The notes under the pieces are model-generated. The model saw only the letters and a list, made by a program, of their open reading frames with translations, had not been told where the DNA came from and made no database searches. A stretch of DNA of 63,035 nucleotides, counting the filler, from Rhabdomonas costata (lineage: Eukaryota): the NCBI GenBank assembly GCA_019059605.1. It is 46 parts of 46 records of this genome, joined end to end, with 100 filler letters (N's around TTAATTAATTAA, not from the genome) between each part and the next. Parts side by side here need not be neighbours in the genome. Positions count along the whole stretch, not along the records: positions 1 to 1,272 come from JAHMHO010021099.1; positions 1,373 to 2,645 come from JAHMHO010021100.1; positions 2,746 to 4,018 come from JAHMHO010021101.1; positions 4,119 to 5,391 come from JAHMHO010021102.1; positions 5,492 to 6,764 come from JAHMHO010021103.1; positions 6,865 to 8,137 come from JAHMHO010021104.1; positions 8,238 to 9,510 come from JAHMHO010021105.1; positions 9,611 to 10,882 come from JAHMHO010021106.1; 38 more parts are not named here. The stretch is one strand, 5' to 3'. The position numbers and the translations under genes are program-made. Shown one piece after another: positions 1 through 12,233 of the stretch. Positions within the stretch are counted from its first letter, which is position 1, and every line of letters begins with the position of its first letter.

Positions 1-26
1 TTTTGTTGGTCTTGTGTGCTCCTCAG

Positions 27-1074
27 ATCACCCGCTGTCTTCGCTACCGCTGCAGTACATCCTCACCCTGTCTGCCCTCCACGTGATCGTCGTCATCATC
101 TCGGTATGCCTGTGTTGAATGATAAAAACATTGATGGCCGCGCCAGGATTTTGTACCTCATTTCTAGTATATCTCGAAAACCTTGCTGTCGTTTATTACC
201 CTATCCGAACTGGGGCCCTGTGCCTTTTTTTTTCATGGTCCATCTTCAACTCCTGACTGTATTTTGCCCTGCGCAGAGACAATCTACTGCAATTACCCAT
301 TTTTTCTTGGTGGTAACTGCATTGAGCTTTTACGCAGGCAGTTCAGGGTGCCAGCAGCAGAGCCTGGGCGTTGGGTTCCCAGGGGGATCCCTTTCTCCAT
401 CCTATGACCCTGCATTACCCTCCACTCTCCACTATTGTTCTTGCCCGGCTGGACCCTGTCCTCCGCCAGGTTTACCTCACCCTGCACTACACATCCTCTG
501 TCTGGAGGTGGTTCTTTAAGAAGACGCACGTGCTGGTCGCCTTCTCGTTCTTCATCTGTTTCGTCCCCGTAGGCCTATTTATGGTGTGCACACCCACTCC
601 CTCTGGGGGGAGGGCACATTTGCGTGCGGGTGTGGCCGCTCTCTCTCTCTCTCTCTCTTATTCTTATCCTCTCTTTCCCCTCTTCACCCATCATCCCGTC
701 ACCAAGCCGCTCGTTCATCCCATCTCAGAGCCCGTAGAACCCGACCCATCCTCCGATTTCAATGCGAAGGGTCCCACCAAAGATCGACCTCAATGCAAAA
801 GAACCCAACAAGAGCGTCCAAGGCAGGGGCGGAGATGGCGTGATAATGACCCAACTACTCCCGCCCGCGGGGGTAGCAACTTCACTCTAGTAAACGTTCG
901 TGTGCCCCCGTGTGGGTGCCTTCTTGGATGTGCCAGGTTGACAACGCCGTGGCGCTGCAAACCCATGGCTACGTGGACAGCTTTGTAAAGTACTGGCTGT
1001 TCATCTTCCTGACTACCCAGCTGCTCTCGTGGATCATTGTCCCCATTGCCCAGTCCTACGTCGACATGGGCCAG
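27..1074 (+). CDS. LMBR1-domain membrane protein (LMBRD2-like), partial; exons 27-103, 470-583, 937-1074
   Basis: GT-AG exons splice in frame: LQYILTLSALHVIVVIIS|VYLTLHY...VAFSFFICFVPVGLFM|VDNAVALQ...YWLFIFLTTQLLSWIIVPIAQSYVDMGQ. This matches the LMBR1 W..xQ.L.W.I.P..QSY...G motif. Confidence 0.75.
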
Positions 1075-1272
1075 GTGCGCTGCGCTGCTGTGGGGTGCGG
1101 CTGCGTCGGCTTCCGCTCTCTATCGTAACTGACGTTTCCCGCATATATCTTGTTGGTGTAAACACAAACTTCTTTTTCTTTCAAACCATTTCTTTCCTAC
1201 CTTTTTGTCACTGCTCTGACACTGCAGCACCTCTGCCACGGCTTTGCGCTGTGCATGATCACGGACATCCCC

Positions 1273-1372
1273 NNNNNNNNNNNNNNNNNNNNNNNNNNNN
1301 NNNNNNNNNNNNNNNNTTAATTAATTAANNNNNNNNNNNNNNNNNNNNNNNNNNNNNNNNNNNNNNNNNNNN
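1273..1372. other. Artificial contig-joining spacer N44-TTAATTAATTAA-N44 (first of 45, one about every 1372 nt)
   Basis: The same linker with stops in all six frames recurs regularly. Flanking contigs are unrelated and all about 1.27 kb. Confidence 0.99.
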
Positions 1373-1384
1373 GGTTGGTTTGCT

Positions 1385-2640
1385 GCTTATCTTGTATACT
1401 GATGCTTATGTTATGGCATTGGATCTATTCTCTGCCAAAAGGATGATACTGATTGACTTGGACTCGTTAAGTACCAGCCAAAAGCTTAACAAGCAAGAAG
1501 CAAACTAACCATGAAAAATAACGTTGGCTCTAGTGGACGCAGTTGACAAGTGGAGACATAACCTCCATGGAACTGAAGTCGAGGTATTTACTCACAACAC
1601 TTGCTTTATTACTTTCACACCATGGAAAAGCCGAGCCCTCGTCAGATCCGATGGTTGCAACTATTTCAGAAATTTGACAAGTCTATTGCTTACATCGATG
1701 TAAACTCAAATGCTGCGCCGGACATTTTGCACCGAATGCACTAGCAGCAGGAAACTGGAGATGGTTGGACCGCATACCTAGAGGCTAAAGTTATACGATT
1801 CTTTGTTGGACCGTCGATGATTCTGCTCGACGAGTGGATGGACGACTATAGACTGGACACAGACTGGACATATTCGATTATTTTTTTAATCAGCACTAAG
1901 AGATCCATAGCGACAAGCGGAAACATGGTTGTTTGTGGTCGTATGACAAGATATTGGTACCTAAGAGTCAAGTGAACGAAATCATTTCAGCTCACCACGA
2001 CCCCATGGTGGCATACCATTGAAAAATCAGCATCTATTCTACTTCCACAAGATGAGAGCGCTTTTTTGTCACCACATCGACTCCTGTGATGTTTGACAAC
2101 ACGCCAAGGCAGACCATAATCAGGATTGAGGGAGCGAGTGTCGGTTCCAGCAGAGAAATGGCAATCCATCGAAATGGATTGGACCGTCACGTTTTACCGA
2201 TTCAACGAGACGGAAAACTTACGACTCGGTTTTTTGCAGTGACTTATCAAGCAACGAAATTGGATCATTTTATCCTGACTTGTAATCACGCTTCAGCTGC
2301 CGGTACTGCCGAGCAGTTTCTCGAGTATGTGGTAAAGTATCACGGACTCCAAAGATCGATTATTTGTGATCGGGACTCTCGATTCATGTCAGCTTTTTGT
2401 TAAACACTTTGTTCCCACCTGAACATCCGACTCCGTCCATTAAGTGCTTTTCATCCACAGACCAATTTCCAAATCGAGCGGAAGAGCGCTACAATCAATC
2501 TCAGTGCTAGAATCGGTATTTTTTGACCGAAGTCCTCGACATCGTCAAGATGGATGTGAACAACGCCCGCTGATCGAGACTGAAGTTTTGCAGCACTACA
2601 TCAATACTGGTTACCATCCGATGTTTTACACCGACAACAC
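1385..2640 (+). mobile_element. Degenerate Ty3/gypsy-type LTR retrotransposon pol fragment (RNase H, then integrase)
   Basis: RNase H-like motifs LYTDA, VDAVDKWRHNLHGTEVEVFT and SPRQIRWLQLFQKFD. Integrase motifs WQSIEMDW, VVKYHGLQRSIICDRDSRFMSAF and SAFHPQT. Several stops and frameshifts; no introns. Confidence 0.9.
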
Positions 2641-2745
2641 CCACCNNNNNNNNNNNNNNNNNNNNNNNNNNNNNNNNNNNNNNNNNNNNTTAATTAATTA
2701 ANNNNNNNNNNNNNNNNNNNNNNNNNNNNNNNNNNNNNNNNNNNN

Positions 2746-2779
2746 CTTCCGATCTTGTTGGTGTGTTTGGGTGTTGGGG
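2746..2779 (+). other. Untrimmed Illumina adapter end plus G/T-only amplification primer remnant
   Basis: CTTCCGATCT at the contig start, followed by TGTTGGTGTGTTTGGGTGTTGGGG. Confidence 0.85.
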
Positions 2780-3168
2780 TCGGTTGAGTGCTGCAAGTCT
2801 GGATCCATTATTGGATCCTAGCACACGCGCGCACACACATACACAGTGTGACCACGCAGCTCTGTTTCTTGAGCGAGCATTGAGCATCGAGCAACCTAAC
2901 CCCTCAAGAAATATCAGCAGTTTCCACATTTGGGTGGGAAAAACACACGTTCAGGCAAAACTCCCGGCAGACACAACGACATGCTACGGGCACAAGTCAT
3001 TGGGGTGCACCAGCACCCACCCTACACCACTGTGTGTGTGCCCCCCGCGCTATCCTTTGGTTCTGTGGCACACTAAGGGCTCGGCGGTGACCCTCAGCTT
3101 GTCACCCACATACAAGAATATGTGTATGCTTACAAACATCGGCAAACACAAGCACGCATAAGACACAC

Positions 3169-3874
3169 CAGAATGCCAAAGCCCAGTATCTTCAGGACAG
3201 CCTCGACGCAAAAGAAGATGAAGCACCCAAAGTTTACCCGGCTGATCAAGTCAGAGAACTCCGCACTGCTATCGTCGGATTCACAACACAGGAACTGCAA
3301 CCCCCCCCCCCTTCTTTCTAACTTCCTTTTTGGTGGGAACAAGAAAACGATCGGTCTTGAATGCCGCACAATATGGTTTTTGAAATGTTCCCGCTGAAAC
3401 CACACCTGGTCGTGATCTTAGTTGGTTGGAAATGGGGGTAGCGTGTTCAAGGAGGGTGTGTGCATGTATCTGAGCGAAGAACGGCCAACAGGTGTGGATG
3501 CGAGTGGCGGAGAGTGACGGTGAGTGGCGGTGAGTGGGAGTGAGTGGCGGACGGGCACTAGATCAACGTCCGAGCGCTAGTGGTTGACTGGATGGCTGGA
3601 GGGCGGGTTGGTTGCTCATTCAACTTGCGTTTGGAGAGCTGATGTGCCTTTGGGTGCAGAACACTCCTGGGCTGCGCCGGCCCCCCTCTCCCTCCCCACT
3701 CCGCTCTCAAAAAACCGATACGGAACAGAGCACGAGGAAACGAGGAAACACACCGCAAAGTTAACCAGGGTGACCAGTAAAGGAACCCACATGAAGCAGA
3801 AATTGCTCAGGATGCCCCGTAGCAGGCGTTGTGGGCGGCTCTTCCCGTGGCACAGCACCCTCAGCACAGGTATC
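3169..3874 (-). CDS. Voltage-gated Ca2+/Na+-type ion channel, S1-S2 fragment; exons 3874-3754, 3294-3169
   Basis: ILSNFCFMWVPLLVTLVNFA|FLCCESDDSSAEFSDLISRVNFGCFIFFCVEAVLKILGFGIL matches the ion-transport S1-S2 pattern N..F..IF..E..LK...G. Confidence 0.7.
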
Positions 3875-5006
3875 CTGCCGCGGGAAACAGAGCCCGCGGT
3901 GGTGGGGGTGGTCGATGCGGGAACACAAGTGAAAAGGGCTGCGATACACAGGCGACTCGATGCGACAACCCTCCCCCTGCATTTTTTTCGTGAGACACAC
4001 CCAACACAACCCCCAACCNNNNNNNNNNNNNNNNNNNNNNNNNNNNNNNNNNNNNNNNNNNNTTAATTAATTAANNNNNNNNNNNNNNNNNNNNNNNNNN
4101 NNNNNNNNNNNNNNNNNNAGTTGCGATTGGCAGGTCCGCCTTTTAGACACAGTGGTACCGTTGGGCGCTTGGTTGCCATCGCCGTCCAGGGGCCCCCCAT
4201 CCAGTCCAGGAATCTTGGCCGCTTCTCCACAGCAGCCATGTGCGTGTTTCGGTGCGGTGTACTTTGGGGTTAATTGTGGGCTCAGGGCCGGCCCCAGAGC
4301 CTTGGGTTGGCCGCGGTTGCCGCGATGATCCGCGCAGGCGCCGTTGCGGGCGAGGATGCCTCCCTCAATCCTTTGGTTACGTCTACTGCGGACTCCAGCC
4401 TGCGTATGCGAGCATTATCTGCTCTTTGGTGGTTGATATAGAGCCTATCTTGTTCGTGGCGCAGGTCGATTTCTTTTGCCATTCGTAGGAACACTTATCT
4501 GGCAAGCGGAACCATTGTACCCTCAAGAAACAGGCGCGGTCGAGTGTATTCCGAGACTGGCTCATCAGAAAAAAAAAGAGGAAGAGATGCACAGGATGAT
4601 ACACAAGAGACCGGAGCAGGAGCAGGTGAGGGGTTATTATTCAGTAGCGATGATGTGGTGGGGGCACACATACACATTGTTTTGCACCACATGGTTGGCG
4701 CTTCCATTCGTATGTGTGGATGCTTTTGCAGGGTGTCCGGTGACCCAAGATAACCTCACGCAGCCGTATTGATCCTTTCGGGCAATTTTCTGTCGGACTT
4801 TTCTTTTTGGTTTTGTACAATTCCTTTCCTGTCGATAGATTTTTTGTTCCCCAAGCTGGTACTGTTCTGACTTGCTGCGGTACCTGCAGCAGCTTTATTT
4901 TCTTCCGGAATGTACCGTTGTCTGGTTGTCCTGTACTTGTGATCATTCGTATACTTTGACGAACCTTTTTTTTTCTTTGAAATGATACTTGGGGGGGGGG
5001 TGCCCG

Positions 5007-5174
5007 TATAATGGGGTATTATAGGTATTATACTAAAATACATACTACGTACCATTATACTATAATGGTATTTTACGTGCCGTATAATGGTATTATACGG
5101 TATAATATCATTATAGTATAATGATATTATACGATAATGATATTATAGTATAATGTCCATATTACCCCATTATA
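5007..5174. repeat. AT-rich nested-palindrome element with 12-bp terminal inverted repeats (MITE/fold-back-like)
   Basis: TATAATGGGGTA (5007-5018) pairs with TACCCCATTATA (5163-5174). Internal hairpins are built from TATAATGGTATTATA variants. Confidence 0.6.
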
Positions 5175-5267
5175 GGCTGTATACACGGAGAACAAAAAAT
5201 GTACGTAAATCTTTTCTCCCGTCAATACCTAGGATCTTGGCCGCTCTGCAAGACATCCTGGAAAAGC

Positions 5268-5391
5268 CGCTTCCAAACCCCCTGCAAAAGCTCCTATTAG
5301 AATCCCAGGGGGCACGTGCATCGCTTCCTAACCCCCTGCAAAAGCTTCTATTAGAATCCCAGGGGGCACATGCATCGCTTCCCAACCCCCC
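5268..5391. repeat. 54-bp tandem repeat, at least 2.3 copies, cut by the contig end
   Basis: Units CGCTTCCNAACCCCCTGCAAAAGCTYCTATTAGAATCCCAGGGGGCACRTGCAT start at 5268, 5322 and 5376. Confidence 0.95.
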
Positions 5392-6511
5392 NNNNNNNNN
5401 NNNNNNNNNNNNNNNNNNNNNNNNNNNNNNNNNNNTTAATTAATTAANNNNNNNNNNNNNNNNNNNNNNNNNNNNNNNNNNNNNNNNNNNNGGTGTGTGG
5501 GGAATCCACCAAGTTTACGCCCTACCTGTCATACTCCACCCACTCCCGGGATTTGCACCACCCATAGACGGCTAAAATCATGAATTTGTGTGTTTGCTAC
5601 TGTGTGATTGGTGCAAGAGGTCCCCTGTTGTAAAAAATGAGCCGTTGATAGGTGCAATAAGGCTAAGATTTTCCCAGTATTCGAATGAAAGCCTAGAAAG
5701 ATGAAAAAAAGATGAAAAAAAAGAAAAATAATTCCTTCAAAAACCGACGCGAAGAAAAAACGCATCTTGTGTATGATTTTACCGTTTTATAAACGTATAA
5801 ACGGAGTACGGATAGTAATGGGAGAAAACGCTTTACTCGCATACTCCGTATGCTCCCTGTATGTACAAATCCCCACGTATCATTCACTACGTTCATGATC
5901 CGTGGGGCCCCAGAGAGAGGTCGCATACTCCGCTACGTATGCTCACTAGATGTGAAGATGCTACTCGGGTCTTGATCATCTTCGCTGCCGCTACGATGCC
6001 CAATCCCTCCGTATATAGAAGATGCTGCAGAGGAGGCCGCCGAGGCCGACGCTCTCCTGAGTTAGATGGGTGAACGTAGCCGCCTTATGGCGGTGGAGTG
6101 AACAGTGAGTGAGAGGGGGGGACTGAGCGAGTAGCGAAGGACCGACAACTACCCAGATACCCCATGCAATCTCGTGACCTCGATGCCATGGGGCCCCTTG
6201 CTGGTTGTTCGCTACACTTCACCCTTGAGGCAGGGGCAGCTCAGTGCATGTGTGTGTGGGAGGGAATGATTGTGGGACCTCGGGGGTGGTGGGTAGTCAT
6301 TGCGTGGCGGATCGGCAAGAACGGCCAGTGGTTTTTTTTACTGCTGGGGGCTGAATAAAACCCCTTTTCATCTTTTTCTGACTTCTCCCAAAGATCATAC
6401 TCTGGTTGTTTTGTTGGATAGTGATAGATAGTTGATTCGTGCATCACACGACCTACCAGCCTACCAAAGAAATACCCGAACCCAAAGATAGAAATGGAGG
6501 TGCGGATGTAC

Positions 6512-6764
6512 CCTTGCGCCAATGAGCTCGTCCGCGACGTCCTCCCATCCGTGGATGCCCACATAATGTAGGGGAGTCCGGTTTCTGTCCCTTGAATTCT
6601 TCTGGTTCACCTCAGGGTTGCCGCTTCTCAGAATGTTCAGCGCCTTCTCGCGGTCCTCAGCCTCGCAAGCCTCCACCAAGTCTTTCCCCGCAGGAATGGA
6701 GCGGGGTGCCTGGAAAAAGAAGCAATCGGAAGGAGTCCCCGCACTTACCCATGTCCACAAACAC
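6512..6764 (-). CDS. Ankyrin-repeat protein, partial; main exon 6709-6512 after a 39-nt intron
   Basis: LVEACEAEDREKALNILRSGNPEVNQKNSRDRNRTPLHYVGIHGWEDVADELIGAR, with the TPLH ankyrin motif. Confidence 0.85.
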
Positions 6765-6866
6765 NNNNNNNNNNNNNNNNNNNNNNNNNNNNNNNNNNNN
6801 NNNNNNNNTTAATTAATTAANNNNNNNNNNNNNNNNNNNNNNNNNNNNNNNNNNNNNNNNNNNNTG

Positions 6867-6963
6867 GTGAACCCAAAATCATCATTCACAACACACATTC
6901 AAATTCATCAGTTGTGATATGATGAATTTGAATGTGTGTTGTGAATGATGATTTTGGGTTCAC
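6867..6963. repeat. Perfect 44-bp fold-back at a contig start
   Basis: 6867-6910 is the reverse complement of 6920-6963, with a 9-nt loop. Confidence 0.95.
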
Positions 6964-7496
6964 TTCCAAGAAAATAGTGCACCACAATTTCCAGTGTGCA
7001 ACGTTCCACACAGCGCACCTAGCTAGCGTGGGGCGATGGAAGGGCTAGAGTGGAAGAATCGGAAGAATGGAGGGGATGGAAGAGCACAGGAAAAAGTGCA
7101 CAAGAACAGGAATGGGATGGAAGAAACAGCGCCATTCCGCACAAGGGAAAACTCAACTGGGGGGAGGGGGATATGGGTTGGCGAGAGGTAGTTCAGCGAT
7201 TTCATTTCATTAAACGCACACCGCAAGCGGTGATGGTGACATCGGACTTCCTCAGGACTTTCCTATTCCATGTGGACGGGTACAGGAAGACATGCCTATG
7301 GTCAGCCAACAATTCATGCGACAAACCAAAAGACAAAGCACACAAATCCTAACACACGGAGAGAGCTGAGGTGGATAAGAAAGCCAACAGCAGAGAGGAC
7401 GATCACCATTATCATGATGCCTCCGACCTGGCATCATTGGTTTAAGTTTGTTTGCATTCTTTGCATCAAAAATAACAGGAGAGGAAGCAGAGAATG

Positions 7497-7715
7497 CTAG
7501 CCATTGCGCGCGCTGCGCGCATAAGTTGCAACACACGTTGTCGCAGTGGTGTGGCGGGCGGAGAGGTCCTCGTAGAGCTCTTTCTGCTTCCCCAGCAACT
7601 GCTCCGCTCGGGCCTGCGCCGCGGTGGCCTCGCGGAGGCGCTCGCGAAGCTCCATTATGCTGCGGCCCAGAGCCTGCTCCTGCGCCCTGCCCTGCGTCTC
7701 CTGCTCCCGCAGTTG
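7497..7715 (-). CDS. Coiled-coil protein exon, unknown
   Basis: GC-rich exon after CCTCAG: QLREQETQGRAQEQALGRSIMELRERLREATAAQARAEQLLGKQKELYEDLSARH. Confidence 0.55.
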   Translation of the reverse strand, partial: QLREQETQGRAQEQALGRSIMELRERLREATAAQARAEQLLGKQKELYEDLSARHTTATTCVATYARSARNG

Positions 7716-8407
7716 CTGAGGCAAAACACAGCAAGAAGTCCCACCCCAACCTAAGGTGGAACCTGATCCCTGATAGCTAAGTCGTTCAGCTGAGTTGTAT
7801 ATGGCAAAAAAAATGTCTGTTAGAGATATCATGCACTGCTGGTGTCACTGGCATTTCGATCCCCACTTGGAGGGACAGCCTCCTACGAACCAAAGGCACA
7901 CATAGCTGTCATTCATCCCTTACAGTCATACCACACCGTTGGGTAAAAACAGTCACCGCAAAGCAATTACAAGCGCACATCAATGCTTCCCTCGACAAAA
8001 GAAGCCGGTCTATTGGGAGAGGCCATGTACATGCTTCACTTTGGCATGAATCGCAAATTAACATCGAAATTTACCCCCATCCCTGCCTCAGGCGCCCGCT
8101 TCGGCAACGCCGCTGGCCTCCCCCTATAAAAATTCCGNNNNNNNNNNNNNNNNNNNNNNNNNNNNNNNNNNNNNNNNNNNNTTAATTAATTAANNNNNNN
8201 NNNNNNNNNNNNNNNNNNNNNNNNNNNNNNNNNNNNNCCTGCGTACCCTGCACCACACCAATTGAGATCAAAGCGAGGAGCGAGAGCGAGAAATGGCCCA
8301 ACGTTAATACACACGTCCTCTTCATTAGTAATGTCGAGCTTCAGCCAATTTCATTTTGTTCCATCAGGGTTTATTTTTCATTTCTGCTGAACTTTTTTTT
8401 CTGGTTT

Positions 8408-8863
8408 TTGGTGGGCTCATCGCTCTCCCGGTCGAAAGCAGCCGCCCTTGCGGTGTCGGGGGCTGCGATTGTCTTTCTTGCCCTGGCGGTGCAGCAGCGG
8501 TTGCGGCCTCCTCCCAGACGTCCCAGGCGGATGCCCAAGCCTCCGCCTAGAGACAGGTTTGCAGCTTTTCGCTTGCTTTCGCGTCATGACGTGAACAAAA
8601 AGCTCTTTCCAGCTCGTGGGTTCCCAAGGGGCCTTTGGAACCTGTTGCCAGTTGTACAGGGAGGGGAGTTTGTTGTGCACTTGACACCGTGATTTCACTT
8701 CCGCAAGAGCGAAGTCATAACGCCAATGCCACTGTAACCACAGGGAGTGCCCGTGAGTTTTGTCCCACGCCTTCGCGTGAAGCCGAGCAGTGCGACTGCT
8801 GTACAAAAAGAAGCATGTCTTGAGGGCAGTTGGGGCAGTAATGGCACTGGCGCCAGTATATGA
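8408..8863 (+). CDS. Small single-pass membrane protein, 3' part (tentative)
   Basis: AAALAVSGAAIVFLALAV hydrophobic stretch plus a Pro/Arg-rich tail. Donor AG|GTTTGC is phase-compatible with an exon SATAVQKEACLEGSWGSNGTGASI-stop. Confidence 0.3.
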
Positions 8864-9258
8864 GTATGAGTATGTGATAGTTAATGCTAGTCTTTTCCCC
8901 TTTTGGCCGCACTTTGTCACGCTGCCTTCTTGTGACATACTTGCTGTTCTTCCTTTCAAAAATGTATTTCGGTGTTTGGCACGTCAAAACCAGCGCACCC
9001 GAAATCCCATCCAACCGGTGTACCTAACAATGTAAAACCAAACAGAAGCAAGTCCGAAAAACCAGAAACTCATCTCAGGGCATGCCTTTTTGAGGCAGCT
9101 GTGAAGTAACCCCAAAGTCACGGTACCCTAACCCGCTTTCAAATATTGCGCTTTCCAAATAAGCACATCACATTTCATTTGGAAATTCGGAAATGAAAAG
9201 GCGTGTTGTCGTTCACGTTTTGCGATTGCGGTCGGAGGTTCCTGTTTTTGCGTTAACA

Positions 9259-9431
9259 ATGTCACCGGGTGTCTTGGGGTGTCTTGTTCCTTTATTCTTC
9301 AAAAAGGTTCAGCGGAGAACTGCTTGCGGGAAAGTACGCGCTGGGCAAAACCATGGGCAGGGGGCGTTTTGGAAAAGTTAAGATCGCGACGAACGTGCAG
9401 ACAGGAGAGCACGTTGCTGTTAAGATTACAG
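9259..9431 (+). CDS. CAMK-group (SNF1/AMPK/CIPK-like) Ser/Thr kinase, N-terminus; exons 9259-9278, 9313-9431
   Basis: MSPGVLG|GELLAGKYALGKTMGRGRFGKVKIATNVQTGEHVAVKI contains the Gly-rich loop and VAVK. Confidence 0.9.
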
Positions 9432-10582
9432 GTGGGCCAGGCACACAATTTTCGTTGTGTTGTGTCACGAACGTGTCGCTTTTGTTTTTGTTGGGGGTGG
9501 AATTTGCCTTNNNNNNNNNNNNNNNNNNNNNNNNNNNNNNNNNNNNNNNNNNNNTTAATTAATTAANNNNNNNNNNNNNNNNNNNNNNNNNNNNNNNNNN
9601 NNNNNNNNNNGCCACCTCTTCTCGGAGCGCTGTGTGACGTGCATACCGACAATGAAGGGTCCGCAAATTTCTCCCTAAGAACTTCAGGCGTGGTAAAAGG
9701 CAGCCTCGAGGGAGGGGAATGCGGGAATTCTTAGCCACCGCTGGCACAGGAATTGGTAATCATGCGGCGCGAGCAGGAGCCCCAGCGTGGAGCACGGAGG
9801 GACAGTCAGCCACGCACTCGCATAGGGTTGGGACTAACACTGCCGACGAAAGTTGTCCCGGGGAGAGGCCCCTGCGTCCCAACGCTGGCAGTGGGCACTC
9901 GCCGCCAGCTGGCTCCAAGTCCGCTGCCGGACTAGAGGCGCCCGCTCGTGATTGGAAAGGGACACAACCAATCCGGCTTGGAGGAAGTCGCAAAAAGACA
10001 GGAATCATTCAATTGGAGCTGTGTGTGGAGTGCTGCATCAAGCAGCCCACGTGGGCACCGACAAGAATTTTTTTGCATTTCGACCCCTTCGAAAAGTGTT
10101 TTGCACTTTTTTGCTTCGCATTTTTGTCCCATCGGCCGCGTCTGAGGACTTTGCACAATTGCACCCCACAATTTGGTCCGAAGGTTGGACCTCGGCTCGG
10201 TTTGGCTTGGGAGAGGTTCTTCAAACATCGAATTGTTGAAACGTTCGCCAAGAAGAGAGTTCAGCAGAATCAGGATCACGACTACTTATTAATAGAACGG
10301 ATTAATGGATCAACTCCGGATGAAAAATAATGGACCATCTAAAAATGGAACAAGGATGGCCCGTGCGAATGAAAGAAAATCCCCTTCCTCTTCGAAATAG
10401 TGGTTACAATCAAAAACCTGTTTTTTATGAAAATCCCTGATCTATTCTTACATCACCATCGATAGTACTATATTAGTGTTAAATTATTATCAGCGGCAAG
10501 GACAGCCTTGGTCCAAATTGCAGAGAAAATGTCTCGCACCGAAACATTGTTTATTTGAAACGATGCTTTCATTTTTCTTTAG

Positions 10583-10875
10583 GTTCTACGAGGTGCTTGG
10601 TGTTCGCTCTGATGCGTCAGAGGAAGACATTAAAAAAGCCTATCGGACTCTGGTTCTGTCGCCCATTTTTGAGGAGCCTTTGAGGTACCTTTGAGGGTGG
10701 TAATATTTCGATCTTTTCTCATTTTTTCCAGGCTCTTCGATACCATCCTGATAAGGCGGGTCCTTCGGGAACTGACATGGTGTCAAAAGAATTTTCGAAT
10801 CGGCAGTGCCAACTTTCAAGTCTTTTTCTTGTATTGTAAGACTTCCTTTCTCTTCTCAGTTTAAGGCTGTTCACA
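10583..10875 (+). CDS. DnaJ/J-domain protein, partial; exons 10583-10652, 10732-10779, 10860-
   Basis: FYEVLGVRSDASEEDIKKAYRTL|ALRYHPDKAGPSGTDM|FKAV, with the HPD motif. Confidence 0.92.
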
Positions 10876-12020
10876 AACCCCCNNNNNNNNNNNNNNNNNN
10901 NNNNNNNNNNNNNNNNNNNNNNNNNNTTAATTAATTAANNNNNNNNNNNNNNNNNNNNNNNNNNNNNNNNNNNNNNNNNNNNGGTGGTTTGTCTCTTTCT
11001 TTCTCCTCCCAGTTCCTTTTTCTCCAGTTATGGTGGCTGGTCGTCACATTGATACATTGATGAGGGGTCAATGTATTGTCTGTTGGGGCCCCGCAAGACG
11101 GAGAGAATTTGCGACGGTATGGTGGCACTTTCATGTTGATTCAAATGGCAACAATCTTTTACTATTAATACCACTTCACTTGGGCTTTTTTTAGTGGGGA
11201 AGGGGGGCCTGTCTGCAGCGCGGCTTCAGGAGGGCTCGAATCCTCCTACGACGAAGTCATCTGAGGACCCTGAGGAGAAGTGGAGGCTGCTACTGGAGCA
11301 GGTCGAGCTGCCTTGGGTGGTTGCCTTGTTTGGTGTTAGTTTTACCTCAGCCGGTACCGATTTTTAGGAACTGTGGTTTTCCGTGTTTACCTGTTGCAGA
11401 GAGGCACAATCGAGGCACAATGGCACTTCAGATACCTTCTAAAACGAACATCTTGGTTTCTCTCTCCGGGTTGGCGATAACAATATCTCTGGTGATTGCA
11501 ATGGGAAAAACGAATTCGCTGTGTTCCATCTTGCGTTGGAACGCTTGCATCGTTCTTTGTGTCTGTGCGCGCTGAGCAGACGCAGCATTTGTTCTGGGCT
11601 CGAGCGGCACACAGGGGGTCACTGCATTACCCCAAGACCAACTTCAACCCTCTTGCACACCGTGATCCAGCAAAAGAGCAACCTTTTCACCCTTCGGATA
11701 GCCAGCCGTTTACTGAAAAGCTCACTCCACACACGCAACCGCGCACATAAGCGCATATCGTTGTCCCTATGTATATGTGCAACCCGCTCTCATCAACGAT
11801 CACAGCAACCACGATCATACCAACCCGGTTAGAAGCGGTCTGTCGTAAGATGGTGGCGTTTGCACAGCACAGTAGAAACACTCTGCCACTCTGCCACGGT
11901 CTTCACACAGACGAGCCGGGCCTTCCTTTTCGGTTCGCTTTGGCATTTGAACTGGACAACCCCATCTTGTGTGGTCAACCAACAGATCAACACATACACA
12001 CACTGCACAAAAAATCACAG

Positions 12021-12233
12021 ACGACTGCCCTTCACCGTGAGGAGCTTGCGCAGGTGAGTGCGGAGCGGGACTCCGCGGTGGGGTACTTCCAGGCCAAGGC
12101 CCAGGAGGAAGCCCAGGCTGTCGCCAGGGCCCGCCAGACTCTCAGCGAAGTCACCCGAACACTGTGCTTGTACCGCCATCGCGCAGAGATCGAGAAGCGC
12201 GAGCTTTCCACTGAGCTGTTGCACCGCGGCCAG
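12021..12233 (+). CDS. Coiled-coil protein exon, unknown
   Basis: 71 GC3-rich codons: TTALHREELAQVSAERDSAVGYFQAKAQEEAQAVARARQTLSEV... Confidence 0.55.

Noticed and set aside
4282-4570. In-frame TAA in a minus-strand ORF suggesting stop-codon reassignment, or a gag remnant
   Set aside because: No conserved exon elsewhere contains TAA, TAG or TGA, and the mitochondrial carrier ends in TAA. No convincing gag motif.
6867-6963. Hairpin as miRNA precursor or structured ncRNA
   Set aside because: A perfect fold-back at the very contig start is typical of amplification chimeras.
8123-8135. TATAAAA as a TATA box
   Set aside because: At a contig end with no downstream gene visible.
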